Assembly (NCBI GenBank): GCA_951406725.2
Contig: OX597823.1
Span: forward strand, 44,826,001-44,890,000
Direction of reading: 5' to 3'
DNA length: 64,000 nucleotides
From: Octopus vulgaris
Lineage: Eukaryota
The position numbers and the translations under genes were made by a program. Every line of letters begins with the position of its first letter. Within the stretch, counting starts at the first letter, position 1. The notes under the pieces were generated by a model. That model had not been told where the DNA came from, made no database searches, and saw nothing but the letters and a program-made list of their open reading frames with translations. This document shows, in pieces, positions 14,249 through 28,576 of this stretch.

Positions 14249-16437
14249 AGAAGCATATTTGAACCAGTAATTCACTGTATTTTGTCAGGGAGAAAATCTA
14301 CTGTAGACAGATATATATATAGGATAAGTACAAACTATTCATACTATTTCTCTCATTAACACTGGATGATGTGAATTTCTTTTTGCACTGCCTTGTGATA
14401 TTCCATGAAGACCCTCTAGAATTGATTCATGTCAGCCTATAAGAAATAGGCTATCACTTGCTAATTTTTAAACTGATTAAGAAGGAATAAGGAATAACGG
14501 AGTTATTTCCCCCAGCCACATAGAGGCAGGAAATAGGATTGGCTACCTTAGACTGAAAATGTCAGTGAAAATGCCAAATATATTCACACCATTTATATAG
14601 TTGTTTTATGCTGCAGAAGAAACTCACTGGAGTTAATTTCATAAATGACATTCCTATAGTTCTTAGCCTTCATTAAGTAGTTTTTGATAATCATTTGTAT
14701 GGTGATGTAAAAGACATAAGGTTCCACATAGAGGAGTGCTGTTACTTGTTTCAATCTCAAGCTGTGACCATGTCCACTCAATTCAATGTGCACATCACGA
14801 TCAGATCAGATTACTGCTTGCCTTAAATCTGGAGCTTTGGGACTACTCAAAAAGAAATCAATATCTATTCATATCACTGAGGGTAGTAAAATTTCGCCAC
14901 AGTTGATAGCTGATAGTTTCTATTATAAACATGTTTTTGTTTAATCCCAGGTCAGTCTTGGTGCAGTAGTTTTATAATCAAAAGCATTCCAGCCATGGCT
15001 CTCCTGTTTTCAGACAATAACCTCTGATATGTCTTTTCCAAGAACATGAGTTTCAGAAAACTTTGGCTCCCCTGTCAAGTGACCAAGTAGAAGGTCCTAA
15101 TATTGGCTTTTGTGTGTGTGTGTGTGTGTGTGCGTGAGAGAGAGAGAATAGTGAGCATCAGTGTATTAATGACTGCACTAATTAATTATTCTCTGCAATT
15201 CAAATGGATTGTCAGCTAAGATGGCTTGGACATTTGGTGTACAGGTCTGACTAAAGCCTCCCTGCACACCCCAGTAGGATCTTTGCTGGTCAGCTTTATT
15301 ATGGTCAATGATAAACCAAAGGGTTTTAAAGACCAGTTCTTCAAAACTGGAAGGCATTGATACCTACCATTAAATTTAATGGTATAACTTGGAAAAGATA
15401 TAGAGGAGAAACACACTCGGCACTACCACAAGAAAATAAAGAACATAGAGAATTATACTTAGCCCTTCAACATGGAGATGTCATGATGGCAAACAAGGTT
15501 CTATAACCAAAATATAGTCATCAAAAGATCCACAAATCAAAGAAAACTTGGTCATCAATGGATTCAGTGGGTGGCCCTAGGCAACAAGCAAGCAAGAGAA
15601 GTCATCTTCATCGCTGTTTAATGTCTGCCTTCCATCCTGGCATGGGTTGGATGGTCTGACAGAAGCTGGCCAGGTAGATGACAACACCAGACTATTGTAT
15701 CTGCTTTGGCATGGTTTTTACAGCTGGATGCCCTTCCTAACATCAACCACCCCGCAGAGTGGACTGAGTGCTTTTTACGTGACAACCAGCATAGATTAGG
15801 TCAGTTTTGACATGGTTTTTCCTAGATATTTAGGAAAGGAGGTTTATAAAATTGACATTCATACCTTTCTCAAATGCATTTGTTTTATAAATGCAGTGGT
15901 TTCAGTTAAGAGTCAATGCTGCAGTTATTATCATAGATAAAATACTACCTTCTGTTCATTAAATGATTACTTACTTTACTGTAGCATAAACATTAAGCAA
16001 CAACCAGTAATGTGTCCCTACTAATAATACTCTCAATCTTTTCCCATACTAGTATTGTTTCGACCAATAAAAATGACATAATTACAGAAGATGATGTTTA
16101 CCCAAACTTGAAACCCACACATATTTCAATTCACCAATCATTAAATATGCACATATACACAGCATGTAGGTCATTTACACACAATGTGTATACATACATG
16201 TGATATATTTCCCTTATTTTATCTCAAGAATACAAAGAAATGCACTACAAAGTAAACTAATGTTTAATTAACTGAGAAAGAAAAAAAGATTAATAGTGTT
16301 TTCTGTTTAACTGCCCAGTATTAGTAGTGGCACTGATGAAAGTCAATTAAAACAGTGACATTGTGTACTAATGTATAAACTAATTTTTTCTTTTCATTCT
16401 TTTAATAGTTTTTCAGTAAGAAAATAGAGGTGAGGTT

Positions 16438-16485
<48 letters not shown>

Positions 16486-19400
16486 AAAGAATAAAAGTGA
16501 ATGGTTAGTAGATAGTGGCAAACATTTATCATTATTTCATTTAAAATTTACTAATAGTCCAAAAATGGACAATATCAAACTCTAATTTTAAGCAAAAATT
16601 ATTTTACATCCACCCCATTTTTCAGCTAAAAAAAAAGTGTGTAGGGTAATTTTCTGCATATGAATTACTGGCACTCTTAGAAACAGATTCCAAACTATTT
16701 ACATCTAATAGTCTTATTACAGAGCAACCGTGATATTTCAGGCATCCTAATTCTTCCTTACCGATTAAACTGTATCTCTCCAATTCATATTGCTTCAAAT
16801 CAATATATATTTACAGGCTTAAGCCACTAACTCACAACCATCTCAGAAGGAAAGAATCAACTAGCAGTAACAATATCGACTGTGACTTGCATACCAAGAT
16901 TTATTTTACTTTTCTATTCATTTTGTGCACCATTGTTGATGTAAGGTATGTGATTGAGTTTATTCAGTCTTCATGATGTTGAGTGATGGGAGATATCCTT
17001 CTCCCTCTAGATGTTATACCAGTCTACTGCTAGTTTAGTTTACATGCAGATTTTAGTTCAACACGAGTGAATGGGACCAAATTGGAGACACTTACTTAGC
17101 CAGTATCTAGAACATTAATAATTTGCTTAATTACACCTCACGCAGTCAATAATTACAAAGAGTGCAGATTCAATTGGTTAAGAGCAGACATTATTGTTCA
17201 AGAGTCTCTTGTTACTATTCAATCACCAGTGATGTACAATGAATTTGATTCAACACTTAACTTTCATAACCCAGCTCATCTATTTGTAAAAGTCCCTAGG
17301 GACATAGGCTGTAATAATAATGGTACTCCTAAGATTGAACTTAACCTTCATTGTTTCACCCAGTATCTACTGAGAGAGGCAAGATATATCCAAATAGCTG
17401 CAGCAGAAATGAACACTATTTGGTGGCAAACAAACAAACCATGTGATATTCCACTTGTTTACACAATGTAAAAGAATCAAAACCAGATGAGTGTTTGGAT
17501 AAGAATTAATAACTAAACCATGACATTGATAAACATGTCATTTGAAAAATATGGTAAATAGGAAAATGGTTCATGGAAATGATACTAGAAATGTTTTATT
17601 TTCCACACCAGAAAGATAAAAATCAGACAAAAGACACACCAATCACTGCCACTATGACCATCATCAATATCTAATGTCGGTTTTCCATACTGGTGTGGGA
17701 TGAACAGCTTGACAGGAACTGGCAAGGCCAGGAGCTGCACCAGGTTCCATAGTCTGTTTTGGCTTGGTTTCTATGACTGGGTATCCCTGGATAAATAAGG
17801 AAAGCAGACATTGAAATTCATTAGAAAAAAGTTTTAACTACCTTTGTCAAATACAATTTCTAGAAAAGGTAAGAGATTAGGGCAAACTGTAAAGTAATCA
17901 AGTACCAGATGCTGCTCCCATATGGTAAAACTGAGCCATGACTAAGATAGGGAAATTTCAGCTGTAAAGATAATAACGCCAACCATACCACAGAGTTTAC
18001 TGGTTGCTTTTTACATAGCACCAGTACCCACACTAATGCACTTTATGAGTAAATTCAGAAGAGTATACCACTAAATGGTAGCGTATGGTATTGTTGAAAA
18101 TAGATAACTGCAAAGATGAAGGAATGTAACTTAAAAAGGTAAACACACAGTTAAGTTAATAATGACCAATTTAATTAAAAAGTGCATCATTTAAAATTGA
18201 CAGAATGTTGTAAGATACAGAGTAACAATTTATTTGTTATCCATCTCACAAACTGTCAAGTCTATGATTGTCAGCTGGCATAAATAAGGAAAGCAGACAT
18301 TGAAACTATTGAAAAAAGTTTTAACTACCTTTGTCAAATACAATTTCTTAAAAAGGTAAGAGATTAGGGGCAAACTGTAAAGTAATAAGTACCAGATGCT
18401 GCTCCCATATGGTAAAACTGAGCCATGACTAAGATAGGGAAATTTCAGCTGTAAAGATAATTAACAAATAAATGCATTGTAAATTGGTTTGAAGAGCAAA
18501 AACTGGCAGGTAATGAAATAACTAGGAAAAGAATAAAATTAAACACTGCCAATGACTTTTTTTCTTTCTTTCTAGCATAAAGTCTTCAGAATTTTAGACC
18601 TAGAGAAATGATGAGGCTGAAACAGTAATTTATGCCCCTGAAGATATTTTTCTTTGCTTTTATCCTTCACTATTTTTTGTTTTTGCTAGTAAAAACAAAG
18701 AAAAACAATTTTGACAACTAACACAGCTTTCTTAAAGATCAACCTCCAAATGCCAAACTTCAACTGCAACACTGCATATATTCATCCTAGCATTGAAATA
18801 TTGTATACTGGTTTAAAGAAAAGAAATGAGAAAAGTTCTAATGTAAAGATACTGGTTTATACAAATTCAATAGCAATATCCAGCCTTCCACCCCTATGAT
18901 GTAATATGCAAGTAGTTATCTACTTGTACAGATTTCAAACTTGTAACACTGACAAAACTTTTAGTTTTAGGTAACTATTTAACAAAGAAATTGTCTTTCA
19001 GACAATTTCTTAGTCCATTTTATCAATTTCTTTTTATCCCAATTTAATAACCTTTTTCTAGATTACCTCACTATCTCACATATCATGTGTATTAAACCTA
19101 TAGTACACAGAACACTGTATGCAGTTTTAGAATTTTGCTTAGTCATATCACACAAGAACTGAACGGATATATCAATTATACATAAAAGAAGATTGCTTCC
19201 CAACCACATGGTTCTGGGTTCAGTGCCACTACGTGACACCTTGGGCAAGTGTCTTCTACTATAGCCTCAGGCCAACCAAAGCCTTGTGAGTAGATCTGGT
19301 AGATGGAAACTGAAAGAAGCCAGTCACATATATACATATATGTATATATTTATGCATGTGTATCTGTGTTTGTCCCCCAACCATTGCTTGACAACCAATG

Positions 19401-20980
19401 TTGGTGTGTTTATGTCTCACCAACTTAGCAATTCAGCAAAGTGACCAACAGAATAAGTACTAGGCTTAAGTAATAGTCCTGGGGTCAATTTCTTTGATTA
19501 ATGAACTCGTTAAGGTGGTGCTCCAGCATGGCTGCATTCAAATGACTGAAACAAGTAAAAGAAGAACATGCACACACAATGAATTCCAAAGTTATGTAAT
19601 CACATTTTAAAGTAATACTTTGGTAATCTTATTAGGTTTTTCTTGCTTAGGTTGAAACCATTTAAAATTTCAAACAGTCCTGGTTTCCTTGATCAGAATT
19701 CATTTGATTTCTATTTCAAAACTCAAATTGAGGTAACCACCTATTTCAATAAATGACTTGAAAAGTGTGGTGTTGCATAATCATTCATTTTTGCACATGT
19801 TATCAAGGAACAAAAAAAAATTTTATGTTTCCTGTGATTTTGTTGTTTTCCATGATAAAACAAATTGTTCTTGTAAAAATAAATAACATCACTAAATTAT
19901 TCTTTGATTGATTTTATATACTCTATATAAGCCAAAAGCTATGGACAAATGAGTTGGTACTACATAATCAATTTTAACTTTGTTATGTAGTCACTATTCT
20001 GAAACTGCACAACTGCACCAAAAATGTACTGACAGATATAAGTGAAATAACAAAAAGAAAAAGAAAAAAAATCTTTTTCTGTTTGATTCATGTCTAGAAG
20101 TTTCAATAAAAGAACAAAGGAATTTTACAATCTTATAAGTTAAAATAAACCTTCATTGAAATAAGTGCTTTATACAGAAATGCCAGTCCTAGGGAAAGTG
20201 GTTTTACTGTTATATAATCACATGATATACATGATTCATAAGAAAGAGCTGTAGAGAATAATGGGGAAATGCTTCTGATTGTTTTTGAAAAAATTGATGT
20301 ATGCTCCTTCAAGTCTACCAAATGCTGATACCCTGAACTTTTGCCTAATAAACTGCCATTAATTTAAAATTTTCCCAAATTCTCTTTTTGTTTTTTAAAT
20401 CTTAGAAGGGCCTCCGTCAAAGAATTCTATAGAATGCCCTAAAATTACTTTTTGAAAGTAATTTCACATTTCTTAAGTTAAAAGAAAATGTCATCAGAAT
20501 TAGCTTCATGGAAAATACTGATTTTGCTGCTAAATTCATGACACACATACATACATATATATACACCCAGCTTTGAGTAAATAACCTCACTGCCTTAAGA
20601 AAAAAAAAGGCAAAGGAGTAAACCTTATAATAAATTTGAAGTGGAACCCCTAAAGCATTCAACCTGATACTATTCCAGCAACTCCTAAGCCAAACCTAGG
20701 CCTGCAATCCCTTGGGCAACATCAGCTAGGAGGGGCATTCTAGTGCCCAGACTACCTAGTGTCTCCCTAATACCATCTCAGGCTTGAACTATGGAGAGAT
20801 CATTTCAGTGTCTGGCCAGTTGCACAAACTCCACTGTCAATCAAGACAGATGAATGACAAAGCCTCAAAATTACAAGAACATGCAAGAAAACAGCCATAT
20901 ACACTTATGTTGAACACACCCTTTAGCATTCAGATTACTCTGTCAAATGGAATGCTTTTTTATTCAAATTGTTTTGAATT

Positions 20981-21333
20981 GGGTAAAAGAGTAAAGACCG
21001 ACTTTAATCATGAATGCCCATAATATTGCACCTAGAAAGTTACCCACCAAGGCACAAGTCTAGATAAGATTGTTTACGGAAGGCCAACAGTCACCCTGCA
21101 TACCAGCCCCCACCCCTCTCCAAGCCACTGATAATATCCAAAGGAAAAGGATAGACCAATATAGTTTGGCATCAGTGACGTTGCAACTCATTTCTACAGT
21201 TGAGTCAACTGGAGTAACATGAAAATAAAGCGACTTGCTCAAGAGCACAACACACAGCCTGGTCCCGAAAGTGAGCTCACTACCTCATGATTGTGAGCCA
21301 GATGCTCTAACCACTGAGTTATGTGCCTTCACC
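20981..21333 (-). mobile_element. Second CORE-like SINE family, inserted in a piggyBac-like MITE
   Basis: tRNA head on minus strand (CTCAGTGGTTAGAGC); 10-bp TSD GTTTTGAATT (20971, 21334). Related copy at ~55500-55725. Confidence 0.7.
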
Positions 21334-24096
21334 GTTTTGAATTAATCATGCACTTTACACTATCTTGTAGCTTTGAGGTTTTAATGATGTGATTATTTTT
21401 CAAGTGTCAGTGTAGTTCAGGTGTGAGAGGTTTGATATGGCCAGTTTGAATGTACAACATGTAGAATATTTGGGATGGATATGGCTAGTTTAAATCTTAG
21501 AGGGTTAAACATGGGTTAAGAAAATCTGTGAGTGTGTGTGTGTGTATGTGCAGATGATAATCTGTGGCTGTAAAGGAGTTATCCAAAGACAAACTTCAGC
21601 TGATGATCTAAATGAAATGAAAACAAAAACAACCCCTAACAACCCTCTAAAGTGGATTGACCTCGACTTCTGTTTAAATAATGTGACTATTTTGTTCTTG
21701 ACGAGTGCAATGATTGAGAATTCAAGTTCCAAATTCTGTCACTAACATCTCCAAGATACCACAATTCAAATAACATTTCTAACTTTCACACTTGACATTT
21801 CAAAATTCTCTCACATCAAGTAAAAACTGTGAACGTAGTGTTCAAGTTATCAACAAACAAGAAAAGCCAAAGTGCCACAAACTATACAATGACAGCTTGC
21901 CAAATGTTATTCAGCACTACACCTCAAGTTAAATTCAGTAAGACACCAGTTTGACCAGCTTGCTTCCTTTTCTGATAGTGCTGCTGTTTCTAATGCAACA
22001 AATAATGAGGACCCGAAATGGATGCTCTAATTTTGTATATAAAGCAGAAATTGAGTGCACAAGTAGAAATTAAAATTTCACATTGTTATTTCAAGGATTT
22101 GAAATGAAGTCACACTGAAATCACTGGAATATTTTTATTTTTTTTTATTTTTGTTGTTGCTGTCTAGCATTGGGTCAATCCTGATTGAGAAAACTTATGA
22201 TCAAAAAACCTGGTGCCATGTAAAAAGCACTGCACCTGAGGTTATGTAAAAAGTAGTCAGCACACTCTGGCATTAGGAAGACTATCCAGTTGTAGAAACA
22301 CTGTCAAAACAAAGAGCCATGTGTGGCCCTGGTCTTGCTAGCTTCTGTCAAGCTGTCCAACCCATACCAGCATGGAAAACAAACATTAAATGATGATGAT
22401 TCTAAACATACAGACAGTGTACCTCAGACGATATTGTCCACTGTCTTAAAGTCAGTAGCACATGGTTTGCAAGAGATGTGGTAGCTATTTCTAGCGGATC
22501 TAGCAACCAAAAAAGGGCTTTTCCATTCGCTTGTTTTATGCAAGATCCTTTCGTTAAAATTTTCCAAACACCGACTTAATGGAGAAAGTTATTTTACTAA
22601 ATCCTTCCAAATTCTTGATTATATTTGAATTTAATGGAAACAGATAAGCTGTGAATTCCAGAAAACATGCCATTGTTCCTCTTATTGTTATTGCTGACTG
22701 TAAGAGCATTCAACTAAGAGTCTCAATTTGAACATGTAATCTGTTCAAATACAAATTGATAATTCTAAGATTCAATGATATCATTCCTGAAAACTTAGTC
22801 ATACATTCTTTTCTGCTATTGTTATTTCATTGACACTAGCAAGATTTTTGACAGCTTGAATCAACCAGCTCCAACTATCTGTCTAAATGTCTTTCTATAT
22901 CTTCCTGCATATACATGTGATATCTATCAAACCATCTCCTATCGACCTGTCAAGTTCCATGTCATTGCCCATGTATTCCATTCAATGCCATAAAAAGGGG
23001 ATAACATATAAGTGTAAAGAAAGGGAGAAAGGAGTTGCAGTGATAGTTTGGTGGCAGTTATGGCTAGGGTTGGCTGTATTCCTCTATAGTCTATGAAATT
23101 CCTTCTTTTCAAAAACTTTTTTTGCAACAAATTAACAGCTAAACAACAGCACAAATAGCAATGTTCATATCAGCAACAACAGATACATTGCTCTCATTAC
23201 ACACACACACACACATTATTTACATAGAAAAAAAAGCAAAAAAAAAAAAAAAACCAAAGATACACAAGTAAATTTGGAAATAACCCTAAAATTCTGCTTC
23301 CTTTCTCAAACCACACCTCAACTTCATTCTTACAATGAGGAATCTGTCTAGAAACAAATACGACAATCTACAGTTCACCCTATTTTCTCTTCCGCAATAT
23401 CATTTTCTGTTTTCACCAATATATTCAGGGCAGATTGTTGACCTTATTACAGAAATATAAATCACAGTCACTGTACTTACTTTGTTAATCTATTCACCTG
23501 GATATCTTGCTCCATAAAAATCCCAGAAATTCAATTGGTTTAAAAGAGTAGTGGGGGAAATTAGAAAAACATATGTCAGTAGCTAGCTGTTCCAAAAGAT
23601 TAGAGGGTGATAAGGAATATCACCAGAACCACTTCTCAAATTAACAGGGATTTATTTTTATTCTTCCTTATTTTCATTTCTCACTCCCTTCCTTCAGTTG
23701 TTGCTTTCTTTATTCCTTCTTTCTCTCACCCAGCATACTCCCAATGTCAAAATACTTTCCATACACTTTTCATAGAAAGAGTACCTGACCTTTTAAAAAT
23801 ATTTTTATTAATTGAAAGTGAAAATTCGAAGGTGTTTTATCTTTTACACAAACCCTTAGAGGAAGTTACATGTATAAAAAAATCACTGCCAACACCATGC
23901 CCACTACTATTTTAATGTCCCTTTTTTCAGATAACATAACTGTTGGATGTGTAATGTTGATGAATGTAATACTATAGCATAAATGAGCTGAGAGAGAAGC
24001 TGGATATAAGAGGAATTAAGTGTAGTGTGCAAGAAAGAAAACTGCACTGATATGCATGTGATGCATATAGATGCCAGGTATATAATCAAATATATA

Positions 24097-24325
24097 GGCG
24101 GTGAGCTGGCAGAAACGTTAGCACGCCGGGCGAAATGCGTAGCCGTATTTCGTCTGCTGTTACGTTCTGAGTTCAAATTCCGCTGAGGTCGACTTTGCCT
24201 TTCATCCTTTCGGGGTCGTTTAATAAGTACCAGTTACGCACTGGGGTGGATATAATCGACTTAATCCGTTTGTCTGTCCTTGTTCGTCCTCTCTGTGTTT
24301 AGCCCCTTGTGGGTAATAAAGAAAT
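24097..24325 (+). mobile_element. Young tRNA-derived SINE with Deu/Nin-type central domain
   Basis: Head GGCGGTGAGCTGGCAGAA, B box GAGTTCAAATT, GCCTTTCATCCTTTCGGGGTCG domain. 17-bp TSD AGGTATATAATCAAATA (24076, 24326); CpGs intact. Confidence 0.88.
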
Positions 24326-27152
24326 AGGTATATAATCAAATACTGAGATTATAAAGTGTAGAGAATCTGTGGAAAAGTAAGTCAAGGGACAAGTGGTGTA
24401 AACCAAATTTGAACCTGATGAAAAATGACAACGGACCACAAAGAAGGGTAACACATGGTACTAGAGATCTTCTTACTGGTGCCATTTAAAGTATCTGTGG
24501 TGGTGGAGATTGTAATGTATAATATCTCATTAAACCTGCCTATTCACTGTCCAACCTATTGCCCTCTAAACTGTGCCATTTATCTAACTAAAGTGGACAG
24601 TTGATCAATTTGTTTCCAATACGTCCATCAACACATTACCATTCAACTAGTCTCCCACCATCATCCTTCTATAACTGCCTCTCTTACATCACAATACCTG
24701 TATAACTAGGGATGGCATTAAAAGTATCTATATTCAGAACCCCTATTGTTAGCCTTTGCCACTAACCATCATTCCCTCTTCCCTCATTTCTAGTTGATAT
24801 CAACTATTCACATTTACCATCACCAATTTGTTATCCATCATCCCTTTAAAGAAGAAATGTCATTATTGCTATCCCCTTATGCTGCTCCTGTTTTCTATTT
24901 TAAACTTCTACCAACATCTATCATCAATCACTCTCTCTTCCAATTCTTCCTCTCCAACCAGGTGTGGCTGTGTGGTAAGAAGTGTGCTTCCCAACCACAT
25001 GATTGTAGATTCAGTCCCACTGAATGGCACCTTGGGCAAGTGTCTTCTACTATAGCCTCAGGCCAACCAAAGCCTTGTTGAGTGGATTTAGTAGATGGAA
25101 ACTAGCCAGTTGTGTGTGGGTGGGTGAGAGAGAGAGAGAGAAAGAGAGAGAGTATGTTTTGTGTGTATATATATATATATCTCATCATCATTTAATGTCT
25201 GCTTTCCATGTTAGCATGAGTTGGATGGTTTGAGATGGAGTTGGCCACCTGGGAGCAGTCCAAACTCCAATTGTCTCTCGTGGCATGGTTTCTACATCTG
25301 GATGCCCTTTCTAATATGAACCACTTAACAGAGTGTGCTGGGTGCTTTTCATGTGCCACCAGCATGGGTGCATTTACGCAGCACCAGCATGGGTGCTTTT
25401 AATGTGGCACTGACACCAGAAAGGGCAAGTCTGTATGTGTGAAATACTGCAATTTTACTTAAGTTGACGCATCTTATCAAGTACAGCAAATTGGGATATA
25501 CATATATGTATATACATAAATACATACACCTGCATGTATGTGCGAGTCTGTGTCAGTTTGTCTACTGCTACCACCACCACCACCACCACTTGACAACCAA
25601 TGCTGGTGTGTTTAATGTTCCCATAACTTAGCAGTTTGGCAAAAGACACTGACAGAAAAAGTACCAGGCTTAAAAAAAAAAAAAGCACTGGGTTTGATGC
25701 ATTTGACTAAAAGTTCTTGAATGTGTTGCCCCAGCATGGCCACACTAATGGCTGAAACAAGTAAAAGAGAAAAGATCCTATTGTTCAGTTTTGTCTGTCA
25801 CTCTTACTACATGTCTTTTATCCACACTCTCAGTCTTCTAACCATTTCTATTCTGCAGCAATTTAATTATCACTTATCTCCCTCATTAGGCCCTTTACCT
25901 CAAAACTCATGATTACCTTCTCTACTGCTGCATCAATTATTTGAGAATACTTGCCCCTGCAGTATGATTTACTAAACAAATAACCTGTATGGTATCAACC
26001 CATTTGATATCTTCAGTATCCCAGTAATTAACCCAGAAAGAGACTGAGCATCATTGCCCTTACTTTTTCTTTTTTTTAATTTTTTTTTTATACTTTATTT
26101 TTAGTCTCATTTTCACATTATATTCACTTTTTCTGTTCACCACTGTGTAGTATCTCTCCATTTCATTCACAATTTTCAGCAACTTTGAATGCATCCATGT
26201 TATTTTAGAAACCCTTCTTCCAAAAACACTGAATGGGCTAAATGTGTGTGTGTGTGTCTATGGTTTCATAAACTAAAGCATTGAAGTTCTTAATAGGCAT
26301 TCACAGGGGATGTATATACATCCCTGTGAGTGCCTATTGGAAACAGCATATACATAAACACTTAACCCTTTCGTTACTAACCCGGCCGTAGCTGGCCGAA
26401 AATAATTTAAAGTGTCAGTCATGACTAGCGCCAGTCTAACTATAATTGGAATTATTTTCATATTGTGTGGTGAATACTTGCATTACGTACATTAAAAGAA
26501 TTTTTAATTTTTTGATTGGTCTGAAGGAAAGGGACTGGGTGCCCATGGTCTTTGCAATCTGTCTGAAATTGTGAGAAGACACAGTTAAATAACTCTTTAG
26601 GATTTAAACTGGCTATATCAGGCCCAAATATTCTACCTTGTTTTATGTTCAAACTGACCAGATCAGGCCTCTCACACCTACCCTACAATGTCATTCTAAA
26701 AAAAAATCACATCACTGAAATATCAAAGCTATAAGATTAAGTGTGATAATTCTTTTTTTTTAATGTTAATAAATAAGCATTACATTTGATAGAGAAATTT
26801 GAATGCTAAAGAGTTAATGTGCATATATGGAACAATTGCAAGTCAAGTGCTTAAGAAAAAAACAAACAAACAGGAGAGCGGGAAAGACTGAATAGTGGTT
26901 AGCATGATGCCTGAAGAAAGTGGAGACAATATTAGAGGCTAGACAAGTGATTTAGTTGTGTTTGACAAGAGGTATAGCATGAGGTCAGCCAACCCTAGAG
27001 CAGAACCCATTTTTTCCCTGAGATATTAAAGACAAACCAAATCAACCTACCTAATTAAAGATTCAACATGGAAAATGAAGAGTAAATAAGAAAAACAGAA
27101 AACTATTTTAGTAGAGATAACATATAAAGATATGATGAACCATTTAGCTTAC

Positions 27153-27187
27153 TTCCTTCCTTATCACTACAAATCTCAAAGAATATC
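27153..27187 (-). CDS. Candidate 35-nt WDR47 microexon
   Basis: Minus strand ttgttgtttttag|GATATT...AAGGAA|gtaagc. Open from phase 1 (GYSLRFVVIRKE), ending in phase 0. Splice signals only. Confidence 0.3.
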
Positions 27188-28524
27188 CTAAAAACAACAA
27201 TGTTACATAATCTGACATTCATCACTGCTCTGAAAACCTATAATACATAATTCTCAGACTTTGTTTTGAAAACTTCAAGGTTGAAAGCTATGTTCTCATC
27301 ATTCATCTCGTCATAAAATGCAAGTCACATGCACACAGTAACACTGCATTTTTTTATTTGAATGCACAAAGCCAACATATTCCATCTGCAGTGCATGATG
27401 GTTAATAGATGAAATGCATAAATAATCAAACTGCTGGATCTAATCACGTCAGAACATTCTCGTAACACCATGGAGCAATATCGTTGTTTCTAAGGACTTT
27501 CAAACTACATACACAGACATATTAAATTCAACTTCATATCCGACCACACACACACCACACAACACGCCTCAAATCAGCATGGGCATACTCAAGAAAATAA
27601 TGAGAAACAAGTCACAATTGAGATTCAGAAACTGACAAATGGTCATTAGCTTTATGTTAATGAACTTAATTTCACATTAAGGGACCGAGAAGGTTCAGCT
27701 ATTTTCTAACCTTCTATTTCTCTTTCTGATTATTTGTGTGTGAGTGTGTGTGTGTGTGTGTGTGTAACCCCTTCTTTGGTCTCCAAACTTACAACAGAAA
27801 GGGGGAAGAGGGAAGAGGAGAGAAGGGGGGGAGAAGGAAGCAAGAACAGTAAGACAGAGGGAGGAACAGGCATACGAGACTATCATAATACACACAATCC
27901 TCATGTTATGTGGTGGTGGTGGTGGAGGTGAGGAAAGTGAGATTGCCTACATTGCTCTGAGATAGTAAAAGTTAGATACATATTAACATAGGATTTCTTA
28001 TCGCAACTTATCTGAGAAAAAAAAAACCCCAAAAGTCTAATTCTTCTATCTTTGTTATATAAAAAAAAAATTTCAAAAAAAAGGATGGAATACACATCTT
28101 TAAGTGCAACCCTCCCTTAAATATGTTCCCTCCTTCAGTAGATCTTATAAGATGAGTAATACTAGCATTATAATAATCCAGCAGCAAGGCCCCTACCAGA
28201 CATGTTTGATAACAAAAGGACCAGGAAAGGAATGAGGTAGCAGACAAATTATAAATAGAGACAACCAGACCCACTCCGTTAGGAAACAAACAACAAATAA
28301 AAGAATTATTAGAAAACAGATCTGGTAATTCTTATCAGTGTTTGTTGGCATCATCATGACAAATCACAATGCCAGAGAAATGAAAGTTACCACAGAATTC
28401 TATTTTTAATGACAAAAGCAGTAAAATGTTGAGAAAGTAGTGAAGCAAACTAATCTGTGATGCCCTTACTCTTGTGTTCTTTTTCACCATATAATAACAA
28501 GTAGAGGCTCACAGACATACAAAC

Positions 28525-28576
<52 letters not shown>

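Noticed and set aside
14593-14793. Minus-strand ORF with a phase-1 gtgagt donor as a WDR47 exon
   Set aside because: No convincing acceptor and no WDR47 similarity.
24097-24190. tRNA gene-like A/B boxes
   Set aside because: SINE head with body, tail and TSD; no complete cloverleaf.
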